64,000 nt of DNA from Macrostomum lignano (GCA_002269645.1 NIVC01002258.1:1-64000), one strand, 5' to 3'; positions 24,556 to 37,010 are shown, counted from the stretch's first letter. The notes: generated by a model from the sequence alone, not told the origin. Translations and numbers: made by a program.

Positions 24556-25370
24556 GATGGCGATGAAGAACGAGACTGGGCTGGCGTCGACTGGCCTTGG
24601 CGGAGCAGGTTTGCCGGCTTCGAGCCTGGCCATTTGCACCAAGGTCGGCAGGTCCGAGCCTTGTTAGCGTAGTAGATGTGCGCATTGCAGATGAGTGGTC
24701 GCTGCTGTCGACGGCCAGGGGCAGCCGGCCGGCGCGGACTCTGGGGCGCCGGCTGCTCTGTCCTTTCAGCTGCAGCGAGCCGGTTGATGTCGGAGAAAGG
24801 AGAAGGACGACCAGCGACAGCGAGCATACTGTCTGCTATCTTTGCGAAGGTGTCCAGCGGGCTACTTTCGTGTCCGACGAGGGCTGAGCGGATGTTAGCT
24901 GGCAGCGCTGAAATCAAGCGTGACTTTACAATGGCGTCGTCGACCTTCAGGCCGACTTCTGTAAATCGCCGTTTTATCTCGGTAACGAGTTGGCTTGGTC
25001 TCCTCTGGCCGAGCTCCACCGCCGACAGGGCCTACTCGATCAGCTGATGACGGTTGGCTCGCAGGCTGTCGGATACCGCAGTCTTCAAGTTGTCATAATT
25101 ATTGCTGTCAAAGTTGAGCTCGCAGGCGATGTCTTCCGGGAGAGCTGCCAGAGCGTAGTGGTATTTTGTAACGCCGTTTGCAAGCGCGAATTGCGATTCG
25201 AGTTGCTTGAACCAGGTCTCCGGTGATTTCCGGTAGAAAGCTGGAGGTCGAACAGCGACCCGGCTGATTTCACTCGGCTGGGGTGGAGGCAAAGATTGGT
25301 TCTGCTCGTCCACCGCCGGTGGGTTACCAGACGCGCTGGCCAAAGTAGCAGGAGTTTCGGTGCTTGACAT
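24543..25370 (-). pseudogene. gag: Gypsy gag with one premature TAG (25032-25034)
   Basis: PPAFYRKSPETWFKQLESQF...TKYHYALAALPEDIA (Gypsy gag N-terminus). IE*ALSAVELG joins the two listed ORFs in frame (probably CAG>TAG). C-terminal C-X2-H-X9-C-X3-C knuckle CNAHIYYANKARTCRPWC, the CHCC type described for the CsRn1 lineage. Confidence 0.88.
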
Positions 25371-25375
25371 TTAAG

Positions 25376-25393
25376 AACCACGCTCTGCTACCA
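25376..25393 (-). promoter_or_regulatory. Primer-binding site complementary to the 3' end of initiator tRNA-Met
   Basis: TGGTAGCAGAGCGTGGTT, 3 nt after the LTR-terminal CA and 5 nt before the gag ATG. Confidence 0.85.
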
Positions 25394-26067
25394 GTTTGTA
25401 GCTGCTGCTACAAGTAGAATTTATTAACAGTGGAAACGCGTGTGTATTTTGTCACTTGATGCGCAGGGGGCTTTAACATTAGTTTGCATCGGTACAGTAT
25501 TGGTTTTATGTCTATGGGCAGAGATGCGTTATTGAAAAAAAGGTCTTAGGAATTTATAAATAAAGTACAAATTAGTAAAATGACTGCTACATACTAAAAT
25601 TAAATACCATAAATTGGATTCGTTTCTATCCGTTGCTTATTCAGTAAGAGAAGCCGGGCAAAGCTTTCTATGATCGCCTGTTTCGGCCATAAGACAATTC
25701 AATCATTGCAGCTAATGTGAAGCGTGAATTTAAGTTAATGGCTAAATTGCCACTCGTATTACTACGATACAATAAATAAATCGAGTTTTAGAGAACAAGC
25801 CAGTTGCAGAGAGTCAATTAGAGAGAACGGGTGAATTCGTCTTCCCAAATTTTCGGCACAAGAATTACATGATTTTCTTCATCCACAGGGGTCTTTGAAG
25901 GATTTTTCATGTAACATTCTACTAGTATGCAGTCACTCCACTGAGATCGGCAGTGCAGTCGCTATAGTCTATGGTCGATCTTTTAAACAAACTATGGTAA
26001 ACGGCCATAGACAAATTTTGTTACTTTTAATAGAGAAGGGAACAGGGGAAGGGATCTATCAGTTAGC

Positions 26068-26073
26068 TATAAA
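26068..26073 (+). promoter_or_regulatory. TATA box of the WSC/EGF/TSP1 membrane-protein gene
   Basis: TATAAA ~75 nt upstream of the ATG at 26145. Confidence 0.55.
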
Positions 26074-26144
26074 GTAAGTCGTGTTGAAAGTCAAAACCCA
26101 TCTTCTTAGGAATAGCATCTGGCATAAGTAGGACTCGATCGCGA

Positions 26145-27051
26145 ATGCTGCTCGCTCGAATTTTAGCCCTGCTGGGAGCCGCAGCAGTGGCTAACTCCCT
26201 AGTGCACCACTACTTTATCCAGTATCCAAAGAACTCGGAAATTACCAAACGGCTGCACAGCGGCTTCGAATACGGTTTAGTTGGCACGGCCCAACTGCCA
26301 GTCGGCATTTTTGATGGCGTCTATAGAGACAGGACCGAGAAACTGTCTGGCAGGATGCGCTGGCTGCCCTGGGTGCGCCGATTGATGGACGAATTTCTGT
26401 TTGAGGAAAATTATATGAACGCTACGAGAATAGTGCCGGATATGGTGATTGAAGACAAGCGAATGGCGTACCTACCTGTAGCCAAAACCGTCAATGAAAA
26501 AAGACTAAACTTTTTGCTTTTTCATTTCACTACCCGGTTTCTGGAAACGTTCATGGAGTTTGAAAGGGTGCTGGCCTCAAGCGGCATCAAGGCCGATAGG
26601 TCAGAGCGTCAGGACCTCTTGACCCAGATGTACCATTTTGCCTATTGCGACGCAATGTCTCGCATCGATGCAATTGACAAGGACCTGTACAATCGCTGCC
26701 CGAACCCATGCAAATCGGGGCGACTGTACAACAACGCTGACAAGTGTCCGAGCGGAAATCGCGACTGCAATCCCTGCGTGCAGGTCACCGAGCATCTGGC
26801 CAACCCAGTCTGCACCCAGAGTTCCCGGATCTGGCGCCGGAGCTTCACTTGCAACTGCCGCCCTGGCTACTACTGGGATATTAATACGCTGAGTTGCAGC
26901 GAAGAAAAGGACTTCTTCATGACCTTGAGATTGCGCAACAAGTTGAGGATCAGCATTGACTCGCTAAATATCTTCATCGACACTAAGCTGCCAATTTTGC
27001 GCGCCGGGTTCTACAGTAAATCTTCGAAGGGCAGGACCTTCAAAACTTTTG
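26145..27051 (+). CDS. Exon 1 of a ~1,690-aa type I membrane protein, join(26145-27051,28738-29422,30970-31685,31796-33619,34043-34345,34969-35610): signal peptide, helical region, EGF-like module
   Basis: Signal peptide MLLARILALLGAAAVANS; CPNPC...CTQ...CNCRPGYYWDINTLSC; donor G|GTGAGT at 27051/27052 (phase 1). Confidence 0.85.
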
Positions 27052-27896
27052 GTGAGTTCTGTTTTATATTATACGAGGGCATGAAATTATGATTAATGAT
27101 GATTGGCGATGGCTGATAATGCTTATTGCGATTGTAAGGTGAAAAAACTTTGGATTCTCAGCATTGATGTGCAAAACACAAGAGCTCCATGCAAGTTTGA
27201 CCAGAGCTTGTGGGCTAATGCACGAAAAAGTTCGAGTTAAACAGTTACTGTTAGCTTATGTTCAAGTGATTCTGGTTTCCCTGGGAGCTTTCAAGCTTAT
27301 TACAGCTTTAGTATTAAAACTTATAGTCTATGGCCGCGATTATCTTTTCAGTTAGAGCAAACAACTGAATGCACATTTTATCACAGATTCTATATTGCCT
27401 AGATGTAGCATTTTCTGCCATTCTAGCATTATCCAGCCGCAGTGTATTATAACCATAGACTATGGCTTCTTGCTGCACTCTAGCATTACAGTAGCAATTG
27501 AAAGAAAAGATAAGAATAATACTCTTTATAGAGTAATTAAAATAGAATTAAAAGTAGCATAACTCAACATGTACCCGTATTATGAATAGCTGTGTCTGCA
27601 GCAGTCCTACCCCTAGACAGCCGAATTAAATGGGAAATATGGTGTCGAAAGTCGAAAAACACTAGTCGCATCCATGAAACTATCACCTGCTGACGATAAG
27701 GGCATCGGGCTCAAAAAGGACCCGATACACCTTGAACCGGTGTCGTCAAAGACGAATACTGGATGAAGAGTGTGTTCGGTTTTTAGCGTCTACACAAGCT
27801 GTTGCGCATTGCTGTCCGGTTTCAAGCCTTCATTTTTAAAAAGTATATCTTTAACTTCATTCTGCAGGGATTCTTCATTGAGATCGTTAAGTAGAT

Positions 27897-28643
27897 GTAG
27901 TGCAGCCCCTGTGTCGGAGTGTGCAGCCCCTGTGTAGTAGTGTGCAGCCCCTGTGTCGGAGTGTGCGGCCCCTGTGTCGGAGTGTGCAGCCCCTGTGTCG
28001 GAGTGTGCAGCCCCTGTGTAGTAGTGTGCAGCCCCTGTGTCGGAGTGTGCGGCCCCTGTGTAGTAGTGTGCAGCCCCTGTGTAGTAGTGTGCAGCCCCTG
28101 TGTAGTAGTGTGCAGCCCCTGTGTCGGAGTGTGCAGCCCCTGTGTCGGAGTGTGCAGCCCCTGTGTCGGAGTGTGCAGCCCCTGTGTCGGAGTGTGCAGC
28201 CCCTGTTTCGGAGTGTGCAGCCCCTGTGTCGGAGTGTGCAGCCCCTGTGTAGTAGTGTGCAGCCCCTGTGTCGGAGTGTGCAGCCCCTGTGTCGGAGTGT
28301 GCAGCCCCTGTGTCGGAGTGTGCAGCCCCTGTGTCGGAGTGTGCAGCCCCTGTTTCGGAGTGTGCAGCCCCTGTGTCGGAGTGTGCAGCCCCTGTGTCGG
28401 AGTGTGCAGCCCCAGTGTAGGAGTGTGCAGCCCTCTGTGTCGGAGTGTGCAGCCCCTGTGTAGTAGTGTGCAGCCCCAGTGTAGTAGTGTGCAGCCCCTG
28501 TGTCGGAGTGTGCAGCCCCTGTGTAGTAGTGTGCGGCCCCTGTGTCGGAGTGTGCAGCCTCTGTGTCGGAGTGTGCAGCCCCTGTGTCGGAGTGTGCAGC
28601 CCCTGTGTCGGAGTGTGCAGCCCCTGTGTCGGAGTGTGCGGCC
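27897..28643 (+). repeat. Intronic minisatellite, 21-bp unit GTGTGCAGCCCCTGTGT(CGGA/AGTA)
   Basis: Direct reading; source of the CSPCVGV and HTPTQGL pseudo-ORFs. A solo unit lies at 29471-29496. Confidence 0.97.
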
Positions 28644-28737
28644 TCTGTTCATAGAAAGTGTGCCAGAAGACACCTGAGTTGTAAGCAAAATTTCGCCTGC
28701 TCAGCAGCGTAATTGCGTCTCCCATCTTCGCTTACAG

Positions 28738-29422
28738 AACTAAATCCCGAGACCAGATTCCATCCGTTTGGACACGACGCCTGCTCAACGCTGAGAATCG
28801 CCAGGCGCATGCGGTCGAATTGGATGAAGCTTGGCGGCATCCCTGCAGCTGACCCTGACCCAATTGTGTCAGTGGATCTGCCGCATCCGATTTTGGTGGA
28901 ACGCGTGCACACCATCTACGCACACTCATACTGTTCGTTGGGGATGAAGGAAACAGACTATTTATTAAATGTGGACTTTCTCGATTTGTCTACCCTGCCA
29001 AAAATGCGACCGAAGGAATGCTTGAATGAATGCTTGAATTCCAGCACCTGCAATTATGTTCTGATGAGTCACACTGCAACTGGTGGTTTATGTCATTGCA
29101 GCTTAAATTCCAACGCATTCTCACATGACGGCAAACCGCTCTCAGCTGGGTTCAATGTCAGTAAGGAAGGCGCATGTCCAGGTGCCCATTGGTACACCTG
29201 CTCCGCGTACTTTAAGGGTTGCGCAATCTGGCCGCCACGCATGGTCATCTCCAGCTTGCCCGGAAATGATGTTGAAACTGTCAGGAGGGAAATGCCCTGG
29301 CAGGATGTGCGTCTCACCGACATTTGCATCAATTCGTATTCGAAATTGCTATCAGCGTACAGTGTGCACACCAAGAACCTAGATGGCGACTTTACCAAGT
29401 GCTTACTAATCTGCCAAAGACG
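28738..29422 (+). CDS. Exon 2 of the membrane-protein gene (WSC/PAN-like Cys module)
   Basis: Acceptor CTTCGCTTACAG|, phase 1 matches exon 1; KECLNECLNSSTCNYVLM...LCHC; donor CG|GTAAGT (phase 2). Confidence 0.8.
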
Positions 29423-29714
29423 GTAAGTGCCATTGATAGCGTTGCATGGGCTATACGCTTAAGTGTAGTTAGTGTGCAACCCCTGTGTAGTAGTGTCTTT
29501 ATGTGATTTATGATTTAAAAATGGGACGTACCAACAAGCCACGCTTATGCCTAGCATATTTTGTCTCTTCCCTTTGACAAACTGTATTGATTCCGAAAAG
29601 AAGACGTTCTATCCTTAGATGAGAATTTCTCAAGGTCATTATTGTCGGTAAAGGCTAACCCTTTAATACAGGGGTCGGCAAACTCGGCCCGCTTAAGGTT
29701 TGTCTCGCTTCAGC

Positions 29715-30700
29715 TCTCTCTTTCTCCCTTCTTCTCTCCCCTATCCCTTCTTCTCTCTGCTCTCCCTTCTTCTCTCCCCTATCCCTTCTTCTCTCTTTCT
29801 CCCTTCTTCTCTCCCCTATCCCTTCTTCTCTCTGCTCTCCCTTCTTCTCTCCCCTATCCCTTCTTCTCTCTGCTCTCCCTTCTTCTCTCCCCTATCCCTT
29901 CTTCTCTCTGCTCTCCCTTCTTCTCTCCCCTATCCCTTCTTCTCTCTGCTCTCCCTTCTTCTCTCCCCTATCCCTTCTTCTCTCCCCTATCACTTCTTCT
30001 CTCCCCTATCCCTTCTTCTCTCCCCTATCACTTCTTCTCTCCCCTATCCCTTCTTCTCTCCCCTATCACTTCTTCTCTCTGCTCTCCCTTCTTCTCTCCC
30101 CTATCACTTCTTCTCTCCCCTATCCCTTCTTCTCTCCCCTATCACTTCTTCTCTCTGCTCTCCCTTCTTCTCTCCCCTATCCCTTCTTCTCTCCCCTATC
30201 ACTTCTTCTCTCCCCTATCCCTTCTTCTCTCCCCTATCACTTCTTCTCTCCCCTATCCCTTCTTCTCTCCCCTATCCCTTCTTCTCTCCCCTATCACTTC
30301 TTCTCTCCACTCTCCCTTCTTCTCTCCACTCTCCCTTCTCTCCGCTCTCCCTTCTTCTCTCTGCTCTCCCTTCTTCTCTCTGCTCTCCCTTCTTCTCTCC
30401 CCTATCACTTCTTCTCTCCCCTATCACTTCTTCTCTCCCCTATCACTTCTTCTCTCCCCTATCCCTTCTTCTCTCCCCTATCACTTCTTCTCTCCCCTAT
30501 CACTTCTTCTCTCCCCTATCACTTCTTCTCTCCCCTATCACTTCTTCTCTCCACTCTCCATTCTTCTCTCCGCTCTCCCTTCTCTCCGCTCTCCCCTCTC
30601 CTTTCTCCTCTCTCCTCTCTTCTCTCCCCCTCTTTTCTAATCTTGTCTTCTATCTTTTCTCTTCCCATCTCTCGCCTCTCCTCTCTCGTCTCGTCTGTCT
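29715..30700 (+). repeat. Intronic polypyrimidine minisatellite, 19-bp unit CCCTTCTTCTCTCCCCTAT
   Basis: Direct reading. Confidence 0.96.
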
Positions 30701-30969
30701 CAGTGGAGATAGGTGCACAGAAACCTAGAACATAATGAGCTGCCTAAGTTAGACTAAGTTATTGGCTCCCAGTTAGTAAAATTAATTCAAATTTCCGTGG
30801 CATGTTGCATGAATTAATTTATGAGGGCATAATTGACTTTATATTGATTGAGAAAAAGTTCATGCCATTTCTAATAGTTCTAATCATAAATCATATTTCT
30901 CTAGTTTAGTCAATTGCACTACCCTATTCTACTCTAATGTACATCGCAACCGTCAAACACTCATTTTAG

Positions 30970-31685
30970 ATGCAGCAACGTTATGTTTTTATCATCGCGT
31001 GCTTGCCTTTGCTCTTCCGGTTTTGCGTTCGAAACACCTATTGCTGCTCCGGCGCCCTGCGGCCGTCTGTGCAAGCACAGGACTGACTGGTGGTGCGGCG
31101 GTGTGAAACACTACAAAGCGTTCATGCTGAAGCGAGAGGTTCCGAAGTGCGGCGGTAGGCAACATTATTCGTACCAATGTGTGACACTGGGAGATAAGCA
31201 TAAATTAAAATTGGGCAAGCTCAATGAAAGCATAGATTTCATAAGGTTTGAAGGTACTTTTAGTTCTTCATTGGGTAATAAAGTGACGCTTCCATGGAAC
31301 CACGGCGCCAACACTAGCATTGACGGATATCATTGGATCAACCCCGCTAGACTGCAGACAGACTCAATGCCTGGTGATAACTATCACAGTGAAATTGTCA
31401 TTACTGATAAACTGATGAGAGTTTCTCAGAAAGACCCGATCAAATGTCGCATCTTTTGCCAGATGTCCTGTATGAGTTATTTCGCTCTAAGCAGCGTTTA
31501 CTGCTACTGCACCAACAAAGTTGAACTATTGGCAGAGGTGCCTCTCAAAACAGGCAATTGTTCGACATTTCCCGATCGTGCTGTTAGACCGCATTCAATA
31601 CCTGTGGGTCTAGACGATAACAGCATCGCTTTGCACTACATGGGAGAAATGGCTCTCGAGAACTGCGCCATGAATAAGATAAAAT
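30970..31685 (+). CDS. Exon 3 of the membrane-protein gene (WSC-like modules)
   Basis: Acceptor TCATTTTAG|; the phase 2 join restores CLLICQRRCSNVMFLSSRACLC; also CRIFCQMSCMSYFALSSVYCYC; donor T|GTAAGT (phase 1). Confidence 0.85.
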
Positions 31686-31795
31686 GTAAGTGATATGCAT
31701 GCTCCTACACAGAGAAATCTATTCCATCAAGTTTAACCTCTACATTTAAAAGAAATTTGATTTCGAATTTTCCTAACTACTTTTTTCCATTTCAG

Positions 31796-33619
31796 CCAAA
31801 TTGCCACTAGATTTTTACAAAGTGCCCGAATCAACTAGTAAGGTTTTGGGTGATATACGGCTTGACATTCGAACAATTAGATTAAAGAATGGACTCGGCT
31901 GGTTTTTTTTGGAAGAGCTGCCTCCATTATCCAATAACATAATTTTATCGACTTCGATTAAAAGTGGTGGAGGTGGCGGTGGCGCAGTTGGTGAAAAATG
32001 CTTTCGTATCTGCGAGGACAGGTGCGCAGTGTATGCGTATCTGTCTGGGGAGAACTGCTATTGCTCGAATGAGCCGCCGACGCGCCTCAAGCAAATGATC
32101 CGAGCCGGTAGCTATGCTCCCCATAGGGGTAATGTGTACCGGCTCGATTATTACGCAGTGCATGATGCTCCAGGAAGCATTTACTATCCATTCTCATGGA
32201 GAAATCATTTGCAGGGCCACGCCGGATTTGGTTCCACCTACACCGTTTTTATGATTAAAAAAGAAAAACAACACACACAGTACAACGGTTGCTATTCTTT
32301 CATTGGGCAGGATTTTGAGCACAAAAAGACTAAAAGTAATTTTTTCTGGCTAACCAGGCTGATTGGCGGCCTTAAACTTCGGCATCACGACCTGTGCGAG
32401 TACGAATGCGCTAAATCTTGCTCTAGCCCCAATTGTGTGTTCAAGTTCCTTATATGCGGCCCAAAGACCTGCCCTGCACCATACTGCTTGTGCGTGGCAG
32501 ACGGAGAGTTTCACAAAATAACTCCAGTGGCTGGTATGCATTGTTTAGAGAAAAAGGACTCACTTGACGAAGCAATCGCGGATTTAAGAGCGGCAAGAGT
32601 TTTCCCAATTATTATGGTCAACCCTTCAACCCATGAAAAAGCAGTTCCAACACAGACACAATACGACAAAGATCTAGACAAATTCCTACAGGCTGGCAAG
32701 CATCTAGCTCAAGAAGGTGGTTCCCTAATGTTGATGGCAGAGTCACGCTTCTACTACGCTTATAAGCTATTCTTATCAACTAACTGCACTCTCAGATCCG
32801 CAATGCCCAGCATCCTGATGCCATATCCCACAACAAATAACTGCTTCAACATCAAAGGCGTGGAATCAGAGCACACAAACAGTCATGCCCAGTGCATAAA
32901 GAAGTGTAGAAAGCAGCTAAAGAAGTTATACACAATTTTTTTAGTCAAAGACTTAACGATCTGCGGTGCGCTTGCTTTGCTGACACGAAAAAGCTGTCGT
33001 TAGCATACAGCAAAACTGTTTGCGACCAGACTTTAACGTATTGCGACAGTATAGAAGATGTGAAAAACTGCGGCAACGAGGATCACTCGCCAGTTTATCA
33101 GCTTAATTTGCTAATGCTACCGAAAGCGTTGAATGCTATCCGAGTTTACTAAAGCAGCCTGGATTTTATAACCTTAGCATTCTGTACGAGTGCCCCGATC
33201 ATCTGGAGACTGTAAACAGTATCAGCCTCCGACCGAACGCAAATTTGCCACCAGAGAAGATCGAATTGGCTGACATGGCTGGCTTGTTCGGTTTAACAAA
33301 GATTGACACGCATCGAGGCGAGATCCGCATTCCCGTGCTAACAGCATCAGCGCGGCCAAGCGTCAGGCGCCTTCTTCAGGGCCTGCTACACGGTGAATTC
33401 GAGTCCGGTCTTACATTGGACCTTGATAGCCAGGTGCGAGCCCGGTACGCTTATTGGGACACCTGGATGCGCACCATCTTCTACAGAACATTCAATAAGA
33501 CCGTGAACAAATGCAATTTGGGCAGGACAAACCAAGTGTTAGTGAAGTCTTTAGAAGACGACGTGTCCTGCGTGTGCAGGCCAGACTTTACGGACGAGCA
33601 CTGCACGGTGAATCTGACG
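31796..33619 (+). CDS. Exon 4 of the membrane-protein gene (three WSC-like modules, start of EGF); two 1-nt frameshifts in T runs
   Basis: Acceptor TTTTTTCCATTTCAG| (phase 1); CFRICEDRCAVYAYLSGENCYC and YNGCY... Adding one T at 32936-32942 gives IFFSQRLNDLRCAC...CGNEDHSPVYQL. Adding one T at 33107-33109 joins to ...PNANLPPEKIEL...CVCRPDFTDEHC. Donor ACG|GTGAGG. Confidence 0.8.
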
Positions 33620-34042
33620 GTGAGGTTGACATTTTTTTACTAAGTGAACTGATGAGCTACCTAGGATAAACACTAGGGACCTTAACTTAGTTTTAAGAAT
33701 GGAAATTTAGCGATCGTAGTTCCACTACATGAGCGGCCTTTTTGGGTTGATTGTCGACTTAGTTCCGAGATTGAAGCGATGAGCGGCCTTTGTCGGACGA
33801 GCTGTTGGATACCTCTGTTGAGCCGGCAATGAGTGTAATTTAATCGAATACCACATTTTTCTGTCTTATGTCAGAGTATTTTATACTCATTGCCAGATTA
33901 TGCCGGTCTAATAGAGGTATCAGACAATGAAAGCACCACTTTGATACATCGCTTCAATTTTCGGAACTAATTTGACACCCCCTTTCTGTATGAAAGAGAC
34001 TGAGCCTTATTAAAAGCGTTCTAATCGCAACCAATTTGGAAG

Positions 34043-34345
34043 GGATGCGAATCAAACGCGGGCACGAGGAAAAGCGATACCATAAAGATGGGAAACTCGG
34101 CCTGTTTCGTGCAAGCGCTACAGCCCGAATCGGAGCGCAATGTATGCTTCAACGCTTTCAGCGGCTCGGATGCACCTGTTGTGCCCCACATCCCTTACAC
34201 GTGCGGCTGCCGAGGTAAATCGCAGCCAGACACCTCGCTACCGTTTGAGAACTGCCTAAAGGAATCGAGCGCTTGTAAGAACGTCTTCTGCGGCGAGGGC
34301 ATCTGTACTGACACACCCAATGGAGGCTGGCGCTGCTTGTGCAAG
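34043..34345 (+). CDS. Exon 5 of the membrane-protein gene (EGF-like modules)
   Basis: Branch-like CTAAT at 34021 and acceptor AG at 34041-34042 (weak). The join gives CTVNLT|GCESN; CKNVFCGEGICTDTPNGGWRCLCK; donor AAG|GT inferred from phase. Confidence 0.72.
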
Positions 34346-34367
34346 GTTGTAACTGTGTTTATTAGTG

Positions 34368-34925
<558 letters not shown>

Positions 34926-34968
34926 CGCAATGCAAAATGCACATCTGCTACGTCTGATCGCTTCTTAG

Positions 34969-35610
34969 GCCGGCCGAGTGCTGGAAAAGGATGGCCTGTG
35001 CAGCCAGCGTGATCCGATCTATCTGTTCACCGCCTGGTCGGATTGGTCCCACTGCGAACCGCCCTGCGGCCTGGTGCGCCACCAAACCAGCAGCCGCACC
35101 TGCCTGCTCGACTCGCTGGAAAGCTGCCGCAACGCCACCCCGGATAATGAGGTTCTCCGCAGGCGAGTCTGCCGATCCCGCGCCTGTCGCCGCCATCTCG
35201 GCCAGGAGGGGCTGAACACCTACGAGGAGCTCACAGGTGAAGCTCTGGACCTGGTGGCCGGCAGTCTAGCGCTAATCTCTGTTGCCATAGCAACCTCGGC
35301 TGCTTGCGGACTCTTCCTAGCTCTGGTCTGGATTACTAGTCCGGCGATGAGCCGCCGGCTGCTGGAGGAGTCTCTGTGGTTCATGCTGGTGTCCAGGAAC
35401 CGCATGGCCCGAGTTGTCAACCTGCCGCTGCTGCTGGTCAGCCAGCTGCGCCGCTGGTACAAAAACCGCCGGCTTCTGCCTGCTGCTGCTGGCGGAGAGT
35501 CGAGCCGCACCTCTGCTGCCGCAGCTGACGAGGCTGGAGAAGCTGAACAAGCTGATGAAGCTTTGAATAGCGGCGATAACGAAGGCCCAAACAAGCAGAA
35601 AGACGAGTAG
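34969..35610 (+). CDS. Exon 6 of the membrane-protein gene: end of EGF, TSP1 repeat, transmembrane helix, cytoplasmic tail
   Basis: Acceptor CTTCTTAG| (phase 0); CLCK|AGRVLEKDGLC; WSDWSHCEPPCG...RTC...RRVC (TSP1); TM LVAGSLALISVAIATSAACGLFLALVWI (~35251-35334); stop TAG. Confidence 0.88.
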   Translation, partial: AGRVLEKDGLCSQRDPIYLFTAWSDWSHCEPPCGLVRHQTSSRTCLLDSLESCRNATPDNEVLRRRVCRSRACRRHLGQEGLNTYEELTGEALDLVAGSLALISVAIATSAACGLFLALVWITSPAMSRRLLEESLWFMLVSRNRMARVVNLPLLLVSQLRRWYKNRRLLPAAAGGESSRTSAAAADEAGEAEQADEALNSGDNEGPNKQKDE

Positions 35611-35844
35611 TGGTTGTCAATAATACTACTATTATATTAAGTAGACTAACAGGAGTTTTGTTGTTCGATTTGCTGCAAATGTTTTGCTTGCAGCTGAGAC
35701 TCACTCCTCACGGCTGGCTGATGGCCCCTGTTAATTTTTTGGCTACTATGTGTCTGCTTTCAACTTCCTTACTTATAAAACGTTTCTATTACGAGCTAAT
35801 ATGTTGAATTTCGAATTGTTGCGGAAATCACTGTTGCTACCGGC

Positions 35845-37010
35845 CTCTCACGCTCCCGCCTTGCCTGTCCACCTCACACTCCCCCCCCCCACTCCCCCGC
35901 CTTGCCTATCCACCATCCACCTCACACTCTCCCGCCACTCTCCCACCTTGCCTATCCACCATCCACCTCACACTCTCCCCCCACTCTCCCACCTTGCCTA
36001 TCCACCTCACACTCTCTCTCCCACTCTCCCGCCTTGCCTATCCACCTCACACTCTCCCCCCCCCCACCCCCCCGCCTTGCCTATCCACCATCCACCTCAC
36101 ACTCTCCCGCCACTCTCCCACCTTGCCTATCCACCATCCACCTCACACTCTCCCCCCACTCTCCCACCTTGCCTATCCACCTCACACTCTCTCTCCCACT
36201 CTCCCGCCTTGCCTATCCACCTCACACTCTCTCTCCCACTCTCCCGCCTTGCCTATCCACCATCCACCTCACACTCTCCCCCACTCTCCTGCCTTGCCTA
36301 TCCACCATCCACCTCACACTCTCCCCCCACTCTCCCACCTTGCCTATCCACCTCACACTCTCCCCCACTCTCCCGCCTTGCCTATCCACCTCACACTCTC
36401 TCTCCCACTCTCCCGCCTTGCCTATCCACCATCCACCTCACACTCTCCCCCACTCTCCTGCCTTGCCTATCCACCATCCACCTCACACTCTCCCCCCACT
36501 CTCCCACCTTGCCTATCCACCTCACACTCTCCCCACTCTCCCGCCTTGCCTATCCACCTCACACTCTCCCCCACTCTCCCGCCTTGCCTATCCACCTCAC
36601 ACTCTCCCCCACTCTCCCGCCTTGCCTATCCACCATCCACCTCACACTCTCCCCCACTCTCCCGCCTTGCCTATCCACCTCACACTCTCCCCCACTCCCG
36701 TATTTCCTCTCTCTACCCCACTCTCCCACCTCCCTCTCTCTCACACACTCTCACACTCTCCCCCAGGCTCTCACCCTCACACTCTCCCCCGGGCTCTCAC
36801 CCTCACACTCTCCCCCAGGCTCTCACCCTCACACTCTCCCCCAGGCTCTCACCCTCACACTCTCCCCCAGGCTCTCACCCTCACACTCTCCCCCAGGCTC
36901 TCACCCTCACACTCTCCCTCACACTCCCAAACTCTCCCACCCTCCCTCTCTCTCCCCCAATCTCGCACTCTCACACTCGCCCCAGGCTCCCACACTCCCT
37001 CTCCCTGTCT
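35845..37010 (+). repeat. C-rich composite minisatellite (~39-45-bp and ~25-bp units)
   Basis: CCACCTCACACTCTCCCCCACTCTCCCGCCTTGCCTAT units, then CTCTCACCCTCACACTCTCCCCCAGG units. Confidence 0.95.

Larger units (their letters stand above)
24408..25480 (-). mobile_element. Truncated Ty3/Gypsy LTR retrotransposon: short 5' LTR, PBS, gag, start of protease
   Basis: Candidate LTR TGTTAAAG...AATAAA...GCTACA at ~25480-25397, PBS at 25393-25376, gag, -1 slippery site, and the protease motif FIVDTGAEKS. It breaks off at 24429. No 3' LTR, RT or integrase. Confidence 0.9.

Noticed and set aside
27602-27890. Candidate extra exon in receptor intron 1 (AVLPLDSRIKWEIWC...)
   Set aside because: It hits a stop after ~30 codons with no donor; exon 1 and exon 2 already join in phase.
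32936-32943. Programmed -1 ribosomal frameshift at T TTT TTA in the receptor gene
   Set aside because: A second, non-slippery frameshift is needed 170 nt later, so homopolymer deletion errors are more parsimonious.
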